64,000 nt of DNA, from positions 576,001 through 640,000 of the forward strand of contig CAVTJJ010000003.1 of the NCBI GenBank assembly GCA_963735035.1, given 5' to 3'. The notes under the pieces are model-generated. The model was not told the DNA's origin and searched no databases. It saw only the letters and a program-made list of their open reading frames with translations. The translations under genes were made by a program, and so were the position numbers. This document shows, piece by piece, positions 1 through 8,505 of this stretch (the stretch's first letter is position 1; each line of letters starts with the position of its first letter). The stretch comes from an uncultured candidate division Zixibacteria bacterium. GTDB lineage: Bacteria > Zixibacteria > MSB-5A5 > GN15 > FEB-12.

Positions 1-204
1 ATATGAAACGGCGTCAGAGGTATTTTCCCCTTCGAACCAAACCAGCACATGACCAGAATCCGGCGCGACCGGCAAACCGGCGGAATCGAGCGCCTGAATC
101 TCGAAACGAACGTAGTCAGCCGACGAGACCGCCCCCAGGTCCACGCCCGGCGCGACACCGGTTAGAATTGTGCACAGGAGTACACCAACGAATACCATCC
201 TCAT
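1..204 (-). CDS. Secreted hypothetical protein, N-terminal part (runs off window edge)
   Basis: Manual translation from ATG 204: MRMVFVGVLLCTILTGVAPGVDLGAVSSADYVRFEIQ...; open to position 1; signal-peptide-like N-terminus; GAGG upstream; not in ORF track. Confidence 0.65.
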   Translation of the reverse strand, partial: MRMVFVGVLLCTILTGVAPGVDLGAVSSADYVRFEIQALDSAGLPVAPDSGHVLVWFEGENTSDAVSY

Positions 205-215
205 CTTCTTTGACC

Positions 216-980
216 TCACTGATTAGTAGTAAGCATGAACAGACGTCGCCGCGACGATGTTTCGGCTACCGCCGTGTGATAGTAGATTGTCACTTTGGGA
301 CGATTGGCAGTTGTGGCGTTTTCAGACGACGCGAACACGGTGGAACCGTTTGTGCCAATTTCAACGAAGATCACACCGTAGGGCTGTTTGATGCCATCAT
401 ACCAATCCTGAGCCAAATCGCCACCGACCCGAAAACGATACCAGGTCGGCGACGCCGATACGGTGACAGTGGTCATAGCCGTGGCCTTTCGGTCGGCCCC
501 GGTACCGCTAAGACGATTCTGAGCGCCATGGTCGTTGACCGAATCGGCCATCTCTTTAGTCCATGCAGAATCATTGTGCCGCCAGTGGGTGTCATCGGCC
601 GCACCTGATTCCACCGCGTTGTCACTGTTGCCTTCGTACCAGTCCTTCCACAACTCGAACATGCCAACGATTGCACCGGCCTGAGAGGTACAGTATAGAT
701 CGATTGCCATCGAATCGATCACCTTGCCCATACCGACCGTATCCATGTTTGTGAACTTGAACAAGGATCGCCGGTTCAGTCCGGATAAATTCAGAACGGT
801 CAACGTCTGCGAGGAGCCGAAATTGATATCATCGTAGTTCTGATACATCTTGGTGTCATATATGCCTGCCGAATTCTGGCCCTGAACGACCAGGCTGTCG
901 GCTGCGGCGTGCGCCGAAATAATCGACAATGCCACAACGACGTATCGGAGCAACCTGAATAAGTGAACGTGACTTGTCAC
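216..980 (-). CDS. Secreted DNRLRE/CBM96-like domain protein
   Basis: C-terminal part of ORF 216..1289; GTG at 980 preceded by GGAAGG; signal peptide (LLRYVVVALSIISAHAAA); DTKMYQ..NFG..RRSLFKF..FASSEN..RPKVTIYY pattern typical of DNRLRE domains. Confidence 0.6.
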   Translation of the reverse strand: MTSHVHLFRLLRYVVVALSIISAHAAADSLVVQGQNSAGIYDTKMYQNYDDINFGSSQTLTVLNLSGLNRRSLFKFTNMDTVGMGKVIDSMAIDLYCTSQAGAIVGMFELWKDWYEGNSDNAVESGAADDTHWRHNDSAWTKEMADSVNDHGAQNRLSGTGADRKATAMTTVTVSASPTWYRFRVGGDLAQDWYDGIKQPYGVIFVEIGTNGSTVFASSENATTANRPKVTIYYHTAVAETSSRRRLFMLTTNQ

Positions 981-1277
981 GGCTGAACCTTCCGACGTTT
1001 CGGACAGTGCCGGTTTCGGAGAAGCTTCGGCCTTCGTCCCAAACACTTCCTGTCTTACTTTCTGCACGGTCTTCCACAGTTCCTCATTGGACCTGTTCAC
1101 CGGCTGGATTTCTTTACACGATTGAATCATTTTGAGCAATGTCTCCGGTTTCTGGCTTTCGAAAATGACACGAGCGTTGTTGAGACACACCAGCATGATA
1201 TGGTCGTAAAGCAGGCGGACGTCTTCATCAACCGGCCGCTCGGTCTCGGCCTCACTTTTATCGGATTTCTTAATCAC
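981..1277 (-). CDS. Small helical hypothetical protein (in frame with the downstream DNRLRE gene; separate gene or fusion unresolved)
   Basis: GTG at 1277 after GGAG, overlapping the stop of 1270..1641. Confidence 0.4.
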
Positions 1278-1641
1278 CCAACTCCACAATCCACAGATCC
1301 ACCGTAATTGGCCCCGAGGCGGAGCTGTCCCGCGCTATCTTGAACCGATCAGCGGCTTCGCATCCGGTAACATACGCCGGCGCGCTTCCCTTGACCCGCA
1401 CGAATACCCTCGGGCTGTCCAATTGCGACGGCAGTGAATTGCCACGATGATCGGTCAGTTGACTGAACAACACTTCCTGCTGGCTCTCCCCGATCGACGC
1501 CGTACCGTAATAAACGGAGCGGGTGGATCCAATTTTCTCCAGGGCGAGATATTCATGCTCACCGATAGACGGTTGTCCCCAGACGGCAAGATCGGGCACG
1601 AACCAGGTTCTTCGCGAAGTCAAACGTTCCCATCCTGTCAT
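1270..1641 (-). CDS. Hypothetical protein in phage-like structural operon
   Basis: 123 aa ORF, AAGGAGA RBS, tightly packed in operon. Confidence 0.65.
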   Translation of the reverse strand: MTGWERLTSRRTWFVPDLAVWGQPSIGEHEYLALEKIGSTRSVYYGTASIGESQQEVLFSQLTDHRGNSLPSQLDSPRVFVRVKGSAPAYVTGCEAADRFKIARDSSASGPITVDLWIVELGD

Positions 1642-1651
1642 GGTCTTCTCC

Positions 1652-2464
1652 TTAACTCCGCTGTGGATTTCGGGGACCGTTGAAAGGCGGGCGGAATCCT
1701 GTCAGCAGTTGATCGGATCGCCCGGCGTAGTCATCGGCCAGTTTGATCCAGACGGTGGCAATCTTGTCGGCACCGTTCTGCGAAGCCAGTTCGCGGCTGG
1801 CGGCCGCCCGGCAGACTATCTCCAGCGCCCGATACGTTGCGGCGGCACTCAGATTGGGATTAGCTTCGAATTCCCGCTCGGAATCCACCTCGGTCTGGAC
1901 CATACCGTTGGCCAGGGCGACAGCGTTCTCGATGATTTCATCGGTCACACTGACAAACACCGGTCGATAGTCGAGCCTGACCGTCTCCCCGGAGGCTATT
2001 TCGCCGCCCGTGAGACGCTTGATCTGTCCACCCGAAGCATCCAATCCATAATCACTCCCCTCTTCGTAGAGAGCGTAGGGCAGATACCATACGTGACGGT
2101 CTGCGTTGACGATAGACAGCCTCCGACTTTGGTCGAGAGGCGACCGCCCGCGTAGTCAACCACATAATCAACGTTCTCGACATAGACGGTGCCAAGCGAA
2201 CTGTCCGACGCCACCACAACTGAGTCGGGAATGATCATGCTCGGCGTGATCAAGGCCGAGCCGTCCGTGAATATGACACTCGAGCGTACAGGTGTGCGAG
2301 TCCGGATCGCCTTGACACGAACCGAGGTCGCGTCCACACCGCCGCCAAAGAAGCGAATGAACCCGGATCCAGACAATATCACCGAGTTGATCGACGACCT
2401 GCTCTTCGACCGGGTAAGGAATGACCAGATGCTGTCGGACCTGTTCCACGGTAGTGTATGACAT
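1652..2464 (-). CDS. Head-tail connector/adaptor-like protein with inserted beta domains (split by two frameshifts)
   Basis: ORFs 2168..2464, 1996..2382 and 1652..2044 join into one protein: MSYTTVEQV N-terminus, repeated ENVDYVVDYAGGRL/EGSDYGLDASGGQI units, helical C-terminus; downstream of capsid. Confidence 0.55.
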
Positions 2465-2467
2465 AGT

Positions 2468-3889
2468 TTATCTCCTGAATGACATCATAGTGGCGTCGGT
2501 AGCGGCACTGATCTGACTGGCTACGGGCCCAGTGGAATAACCGGATACAACCTCGATCTTCACCCAGTACCGGCGTTGAGAATTGATGAGCCGCTTCTGC
2601 CAGTCATCAGGAAGAGCCGCGTAGTCGGTCCACATCAATATGTCGAAAGCGGACGATCCGAAGTTGGGATTCCCGTTGGCAGGAGTGAAAGCTTCCCAGT
2701 TGGCTCCGTCCCAATAGCTTACTTGCACCGAACCACCCACCCCGGTCTGTGAGAGTATCAGACGGGCCACGCGGAACGGCGCATCCATTCCTAGATACAG
2801 GATGTCCCCGGCGTCCTTCAGCAGGCAACCGGACGAAGCGTGATAGACATCAGCCACCTCCCAACCGGCCGCCTGAGACGTGACGTCCTGGTAGCCTTCG
2901 GACGCGGCGTGGTATAACAGAACTGAATCGAACTGGGCCGACCGGCGGTCGAGGACTTGCGACGAGCCAAAGCTGCCGGTACGGCGGTCACAGAAACGAG
3001 CCACTCTGGCTTCCCCGCCTATATCGTTCAGATAGACCACGGCCGCAATGTTACCCTCAAATAACACTTGTGGTGATGCTATCGGGTGTGACTCGATAAC
3101 CGCAACAGCTCCCCAGTTGTCACCGTCGGACTCGCGATAATAGAACTGGTCGCCGCACCAGGCGACTCCCAATCGATTATCCGCCCCAACAGCCGCGTCG
3201 AAACTACTCAGGCCGGAACCGTTGGCGACGGTAACGGCACTCGACCAGCTCCCGCCCGATAACGGGAGAGATCGGACATACACCGCCCAATCCTGGTCGT
3301 GGTACACTATGCGGACCCGGCTGGCATCAATAACCAGCTTCGACCAGGCGAACATCGAGCCGTTCGATATCTGATCACCGGCGTCATTAGCCCCGCTGCC
3401 CCAGGTCGCACCCGCGTCGTTGGAAGACTTGGCGTGAATCCATCGGTTCGGCGTAACATATCGGGAAAAGCTCACCCAGATTCGTCCGCCCGGCTCGATG
3501 GCAACTGATGGATCATAACACTGAGTACCGTTGTAAACCGTCACTTTGGCGCCGACCGACCAGAGTCCGCTTGCGAAAGTCAGCCTGCGAGTCACGAGAT
3601 AGCAGGTCGTCTGTTCGCTGTAGACCAGATGGATATCGCCATTGGGCGCCATTCGGGCATCAAAGCAACTGTCATCGGTATCCGAGACAACCGTCACGGG
3701 ACTAGACCATCCGGCCGCCGGCGCATCGGACCAAGCCAGCTTGATTTCACTCGGCGATGATTGAAACAATGCCACCCGTCGCCCGGAGTAAGTTCCGGTC
3801 GCGACCGTGAACAACCTGGCCTGCATGGACGTGCCCAGACCGTATGTCGCCGTGGTATCCGCAATTTTCTTCTGCATTGCGCCTCGCAT
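2468..3889 (-). CDS. BNR/Asp-box (sialidase-like) beta-propeller protein with C-terminal beta-sandwich
   Basis: SSNDAGATW Asp-box, repeated W-S-x-x-x-x-V blades; start may be 3877. Confidence 0.7.
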   Translation of the reverse strand: MRGAMQKKIADTTATYGLGTSMQARLFTVATGTYSGRRVALFQSSPSEIKLAWSDAPAAGWSSPVTVVSDTDDSCFDARMAPNGDIHLVYSEQTTCYLVTRRLTFASGLWSVGAKVTVYNGTQCYDPSVAIEPGGRIWVSFSRYVTPNRWIHAKSSNDAGATWGSGANDAGDQISNGSMFAWSKLVIDASRVRIVYHDQDWAVYVRSLPLSGGSWSSAVTVANGSGLSSFDAAVGADNRLGVAWCGDQFYYRESDGDNWGAVAVIESHPIASPQVLFEGNIAAVVYLNDIGGEARVARFCDRRTGSFGSSQVLDRRSAQFDSVLLYHAASEGYQDVTSQAAGWEVADVYHASSGCLLKDAGDILYLGMDAPFRVARLILSQTGVGGSVQVSYWDGANWEAFTPANGNPNFGSSAFDILMWTDYAALPDDWQKRLINSQRRYWVKIEVVSGYSTGPVASQISAATDATMMSFRR

Positions 3890-3890
3890 G

Positions 3891-3920
3891 AAAAGACGGG
3901 TCCGGTCGCCCGGACCCGTC
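3891..3920 (-). terminator. Intrinsic terminator after major capsid gene
   Basis: GACGGGTCCGG-4nt-CCGGACCCGTC perfect stem followed by TTTT on minus strand. Confidence 0.75.
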
Positions 3921-3928
3921 GCTAATGA

Positions 3929-5032
3929 TTAGATGAAAGTGGTATCAAGAATGACCGACGCATCCCTTATGACCTTGGCGTAGGTCACCGATTCGGAGAT
4001 GACCGCCTCTTCGAACCGCTGCTCGATGATCTTGTCGTACTCGACCATGAGCGGCTGGGTGATGACTTCCTCGATGGCGAAACGGGTATCGAGTCCGATG
4101 ACAAAGTCGGTCGGGACTTCATCGGACCGCACCAGCGACGCTCCCAGCGGGCTGAACAGCTCACCGCTGTTCTGGAACCGATAACCGGCCAGCGGATCTT
4201 TGAACTCGTCCAGCGTGAGGATGGTCTTGAGCGTGTTGACATGACAGATGAGGCTGTTCATCTCGAACGGCGCGAATTGCGACCAGAGCGTGATCAGATC
4301 GTTGTAAGTCAGAGCGCCGGACGTGGCAGCGTTGACCGTCGCCGCCGGGTTAGCGTTGCCGTCGCCGTTGATCAGCGTATTGACCAGCATGCCGATCTTG
4401 TCGGTCTGCATGCGGAAGCCGATGTACCAGAGCAGGACTCGGAACTGCGACGTGCTCCGATAGCGCAACGCCTTGTAAGATGATTTCAGCGCCAGGCCGT
4501 AGTCGCGCACATTCACCGCGTGGTTCTGCTCGGTCACGATCAACTGCGGAATTTCGGCCCCTTCGCCGATCGGCCGCAGCGAGAAACGTTCCTTGCTGGT
4601 GGTGTCGATGTGGAATGGCGTGTAACGGTTAGTGTTGACGGTTGTGGTGTTGGCGATCAATTTGGCCAGCTCCGGCCGCATCGCCTGACCCTGCTTGATT
4701 TCGCGCAGGATGAACTCCGGCATCAGGACCGAAGCTTTCTGGAAGAACTGCTCGACCGTGGTCGGGTTCTTGCCGCCCAACTGTACTCCCGCCAGAAGGA
4801 GCTGCCGCTCGAACGCGTCGACGGGCGATCCAAGAGCGCTTGGGTCGTATTCGTCACACTCGAGCAGTTCCGAAAGAGTCAGACCGCGCGCCTCGGCTTG
4901 CAGATACAGGTCACGATCTATCTCGACCCCCGCTGCGCGACTGAGATCAGCGCGTGCGTTCGAGCCCGAACTGCGATCCTCATTCATAGAGGCGCCCACA
5001 GCGGCTGATTGCAGAAATTGATTGAAATCCAT
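3929..5032 (-). CDS. Phage major capsid protein (HK97-type)
   Basis: 367 aa; DAFERQL..VEQFF..LMPEFI..IGEGAEIP..SYKALR..YDKIIEQRFE pattern recalled from capsid families; position after protease/scaffold/decoration genes; AAGGAGG RBS. Confidence 0.85.
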   Translation of the reverse strand: MDFNQFLQSAAVGASMNEDRSSGSNARADLSRAAGVEIDRDLYLQAEARGLTLSELLECDEYDPSALGSPVDAFERQLLLAGVQLGGKNPTTVEQFFQKASVLMPEFILREIKQGQAMRPELAKLIANTTTVNTNRYTPFHIDTTSKERFSLRPIGEGAEIPQLIVTEQNHAVNVRDYGLALKSSYKALRYRSTSQFRVLLWYIGFRMQTDKIGMLVNTLINGDGNANPAATVNAATSGALTYNDLITLWSQFAPFEMNSLICHVNTLKTILTLDEFKDPLAGYRFQNSGELFSPLGASLVRSDEVPTDFVIGLDTRFAIEEVITQPLMVEYDKIIEQRFEEAVISESVTYAKVIRDASVILDTTFI

Positions 5033-5042
5033 GGTTGCCTCC

Positions 5043-5465
5043 TTAGTTCAATAGAATGACACAGTCGGTCGTGCCGTTTACCGCGAGGACTGTGCCGCGA
5101 GCGATGTTTCCGCCGGCCGGATCATAGCCGGTCAGCACCGGCGCCTGTTTGACCGTCCCGTTGCCACCACCGACTACTCGATTGCCCACGGTCGGAACGG
5201 TTGCCGACACCGCCAGTCGACATATGCCGCCAATCTGGACCGTCGCCTGGCGCTGGCCGTTGTCGTTGTCAGACAACGTCAGACTGATCAGCTTGCCCAA
5301 CAATTGACCGTTGTTAGCCAACGGCCCGATTTCGTTGCTGCCGGTCAGCATGACCGGTTCGCCGAGATCGGCATCCTTGAGATCGTCCACGCCGGTGGTC
5401 TGGTGGACGCTGAACGTCGCCAGCACCGGGGCAATGGTCTCAAGGTCTTGATTTCTTACTGCCAT
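5043..5465 (-). CDS. Capsid decoration/cement-like protein
   Basis: ATG 5465 with CAGGAG RBS; 140 aa Gly-rich beta protein directly before capsid. Confidence 0.6.
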   Translation of the reverse strand: MAVRNQDLETIAPVLATFSVHQTTGVDDLKDADLGEPVMLTGSNEIGPLANNGQLLGKLISLTLSDNDNGQRQATVQIGGICRLAVSATVPTVGNRVVGGGNGTVKQAPVLTGYDPAGGNIARGTVLAVNGTTDCVILLN

Positions 5466-5543
5466 AAATTGCTCCTGAAAGTTCTGAATTGTTTGAGTTC
5501 GATTGGGGTATGCGACCACATGATGCTATCGCGTTTCCCCGCA

Positions 5544-5942
5544 TTACCGGGCCGACGGCTGTGCCTTGGGCCCACTGTAATTGCGTGGTCCGAAACTGCC
5601 GGGGAAACAATCCCGGAATCGGGCGGCGACACGACGATGCGTTTCCAGCAGGCGCGACGGCGTCTGTGTCGCCAGATCGTCGATGAGCGCCGCCGCTTCT
5701 TCCCATCGCTCCCGCTTCCGATCGACCGCCGCCACCGCCTTGATCATGCCGGCGACGCGTTGCTCGATATCCTGTCGCAATACGGCATGGCCTTCAGCCA
5801 ATTCCGCCAACCCGTTCAGGGTGGCACACATGGCGCGGAGACGGCTCTGAAGTTCATCGAAGTCGAGCCGTGCGAGGCTGGCTTCGTCCAGCAGACTGAC
5901 CACGCTCTCGAAATAGGCAATTTCGTTCTTAATGTTTTCCAA
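5544..5942 (-). CDS. Putative capsid scaffolding protein (coiled coil)
   Basis: All-helical ORF between protease and capsid; TTG 5942 after GGGAG. Confidence 0.5.
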   Translation of the reverse strand: MENIKNEIAYFESVVSLLDEASLARLDFDELQSRLRAMCATLNGLAELAEGHAVLRQDIEQRVAGMIKAVAAVDRKRERWEEAAALIDDLATQTPSRLLETHRRVAARFRDCFPGSFGPRNYSGPKAQPSAR

Positions 5943-6240
5943 GGTTCTCTCCCGAGTATTCAACCAGATAGTCTTCTATGCGAATGAGGCGGGCTTCGAC
6001 ATCCGAGGAGAAGCGAAAGAACTGTTCTTTGCTGACCGTACCTTCCTTGAGCAGAACTTCGATACTCGCTAATCTCTTGTCGAGCGTTCCCACCACGGCA
6101 CCTTCCGCCTTGGCTGCCAATTCAACTTTCAACGATTGAATCGTCATGAAGTAGGCTGCCGCGATCCCCAGAATGACCGAGAGCAGATTGATCCACCAGC
6201 TATGCAGGCGGAAGGTCGATTCGGAATTGTCACTGCTCAT
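5929..6240 (-). CDS. Small single-TM coiled-coil membrane protein
   Basis: WWINLLSVILGIAAAYFMTI hydrophobic helix; ATGA overlap with upstream gene. Confidence 0.6.
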   Translation of the reverse strand: MSSDNSESTFRLHSWWINLLSVILGIAAAYFMTIQSLKVELAAKAEGAVVGTLDKRLASIEVLLKEGTVSKEQFFRFSSDVEARLIRIEDYLVEYSGENLGKH

Positions 6241-7793
6241 GCTGCTTCTCCTGCGTTCGTGCCTTCGGACAAGCGACCGAACAGGAAGTGATCTTCCCCT
6301 TTCAGCTTGATCGGGCGCAGAACAAACGAACCAGTCAGGTCGCCGGACAAATTGAATCGCCAGGCGTCGCCTTCTTGAGTTATGCGGTTGAGATGCCCGG
6401 TAAGAGTTCTTCCCCTCCAGACTGATCCTGGTAGCGGCCCTGATCGCCTGGCCAGGAAACGCTTCCCTGATGTCAGTTTGCTAAGGTCGAAGTCTGCCAG
6501 GTCTAATATCAGCGGGGCGATGTCTCCCCTGCCCAAAGTTGAACCACTTGATCGCAGAGTAAGATGTGCCAGACCATCACCGAGCCTGAGAGTAAGCTCA
6601 GAAGAAAATAAACGTCGCCGATTCTGACTTGGCGGACGATACCAATAGCCTTTGCCGGCAACCAGGGCAGTCGCCTGTGCACCGACCGGATGAATCTCAA
6701 CCCCGTCTTTGGTCATGACTTCCATGACAGCGTGCTCAAGTCGTTCGCGGGTCGCGATACGATAGGGCATCAGTCGAATTTCGTTTCTCGATCTTGAGGT
6801 TACACGGGGCAGCGTCACCATGCCCTGGCTGGGGAGAAGATGAAGCACTAGCCGCGTAACCGGACTGGTCCGACCTTCCAGATAGTCTTCCAACTGTTCA
6901 ACGGAGCAACGTTCTTTGCCGCGCTGTCCCACCAGAATACCGAGTAGTGATTCGCACCAGCGCAGCCCGATCGGGCCAAAATGATCGGACCGGCGAATCG
7001 GCTTTCCGTCCAACTGTGTCAGGGTAAGTCTATCCCCGTCTATCGCTGCAGATACCTGAAGTCCTACGTAACGTGGTATCACTAAGTAATCGGAACTCCC
7101 ACCGATATCGGCGAGGCTCAACACGGGTTCAACCGTCCATTCCGGACTCGCTATGACTGAGCTTTCGATATCGCCAGTCGTATCGCCGAGTTCTTTGACG
7201 ACCGCCGTGTTCGGAACCGCTCCCCGGTAGACCAGCGATGTTTCGAGAACCCGCTCGACCTGGCGATAGTTGAAATGACACGGTTCGGACGAGCCGGCAT
7301 GGTCGTATGACTCAAACGGCTGATGTTGACAGCGACGGATATCCTTGCCGCAGATGGAGCATTCCGGCAGATGGAAAGTGAACGCGATCGAACATTCCTT
7401 GTAGATGCCCCCGTCGAGATTGGCGCAGAACTCTTCGGCCCGGTCAGCCAGCTTCAGCCAGTAGAAATAGCTCTTCACCCAGGGACGTCCGTCCCGGTCA
7501 ACGGTCGTAGCGTGAAACGTTCGCGCTACCGGAAGTTGGTCTTTGCGATGTCCCACGAGAACCGGCGAGTCCACCAGAAGTTGGGCGAGTCCCGAATGCT
7601 CCTCAACCGGGAACCGGCCTCCGAAAGAGTTGACCTGGTCTGATACAATGTACATCGCCCTGATGTAGACGTCATCCGCCGATACCCGGGCCGGCGGCTT
7701 GATATTGACATTAATCAACTCCACCAACTCTGCCGGTATTTCCTGTCCCGGTTCGGCCAGTTCCGCTACTACCCTACCCATGCTCAGGGTCAT
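6237..7793 (-). CDS. Prohead protease-like protein (Cys-rich insert) with C-terminal degenerate ligase/phosphoesterase-like extension
   Basis: N-terminal ~200 aa: PVLVGH, KECSI, CSICG..CQH..C, ETSLVYRGA motifs of capsid maturation proteases; GGAGG RBS. Confidence 0.7.
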   Translation of the reverse strand: MTLSMGRVVAELAEPGQEIPAELVELINVNIKPPARVSADDVYIRAMYIVSDQVNSFGGRFPVEEHSGLAQLLVDSPVLVGHRKDQLPVARTFHATTVDRDGRPWVKSYFYWLKLADRAEEFCANLDGGIYKECSIAFTFHLPECSICGKDIRRCQHQPFESYDHAGSSEPCHFNYRQVERVLETSLVYRGAVPNTAVVKELGDTTGDIESSVIASPEWTVEPVLSLADIGGSSDYLVIPRYVGLQVSAAIDGDRLTLTQLDGKPIRRSDHFGPIGLRWCESLLGILVGQRGKERCSVEQLEDYLEGRTSPVTRLVLHLLPSQGMVTLPRVTSRSRNEIRLMPYRIATRERLEHAVMEVMTKDGVEIHPVGAQATALVAGKGYWYRPPSQNRRRLFSSELTLRLGDGLAHLTLRSSGSTLGRGDIAPLILDLADFDLSKLTSGKRFLARRSGPLPGSVWRGRTLTGHLNRITQEGDAWRFNLSGDLTGSFVLRPIKLKGEDHFLFGRLSEGTNAGEAA

Positions 7794-7977
7794 CTATACC
7801 TCCACGTATGCATCTGCTCAAGGGGACAAATGTGCAATCTGCACTAAGTTAATACCGAAAGTGTGCAGACCATTTCAGAGAGGGGATTAATCCGTTTGGA
7901 GTAATTGGCTCTAGTTGTCAATGACTATCTTATTGCCCAGCAGTGCGTTCGCTATGCGCGAATCACCAAGAAGAAAC

Positions 7978-7993
7978 AGGCACGACCTTTGCT
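7978..7993 (+). promoter_or_regulatory. Sigma54 (-24/-12) promoter of PEP-CTERM gene
   Basis: AGGCACGACCTTTGCT: GG-N10-GC spacing, near consensus TGGCACG-N4-TTGCW. Confidence 0.75.
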
Positions 7994-8043
7994 TAAACCT
8001 CGCCGAAGCCGCGCAACAATCGGCTCTGAAAGGTGAAAAGAAT

Positions 8044-8421
8044 ATGACACTGTATCGCAGTCGTACCAGCCAGCCACTCAAGTGGATTGTTGCTCTCTTC
8101 GTTTTCGCCCTCGTGATGGGAGTGACTTTCTCTGACGTCTATGGCCAGGACCATCACAACGGCGGCAAGCCGGGTGACAACAACTTTCACGGCGACCGTG
8201 GCAAGAATGACGATCATAACGGTGGCCACTATGGTAACAATGGTGGCAACGGCGGCGGCAACAACGGCGACCATGGAAATGGTGGCGGTGGAGACAATGG
8301 CGGCAACGGCGGCAATGATAACCCGGCCCCGTCTTCCGTTCCTGAACCGGGCACGTTGATTCTTCTCGCCGGTGGATTGAGCGCTCTTTATGTAGCTCGT
8401 CGGAACAAGTCAGTTAAGTAA
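8044..8421 (+). CDS. PEP-CTERM sorting domain protein, Gly/Asn/His/Asp-rich
   Basis: Signal peptide; VPEPGTLILLAGGLSALYVARRNK C-terminus; ATG 8044. Confidence 0.9.
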   Translation: MTLYRSRTSQPLKWIVALFVFALVMGVTFSDVYGQDHHNGGKPGDNNFHGDRGKNDDHNGGHYGNNGGNGGGNNGDHGNGGGGDNGGNGGNDNPAPSSVPEPGTLILLAGGLSALYVARRNKSVK

Positions 8422-8452
8422 TCGAAGATATAGATCCCCAATCCCTCCCTTT

Positions 8453-8489
8453 AACGCCTTCCGGTCATACTTGAACCGGAGGGCGTTTT
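8453..8489. terminator. Terminator between convergent PEP-CTERM and terminase genes
   Basis: AACGCCTTCCGGT...ACCGGAGGGCGTT stem followed by T-run. Confidence 0.7.
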
Positions 8490-8505
8490 GCGTTTGGTCG
8501 ATCTC

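Noticed and set aside
3929..5032. Encapsulin nanocompartment
   Set aside because: Portal, terminase and protease are present, indicating a DNA-packaging head rather than an encapsulin.
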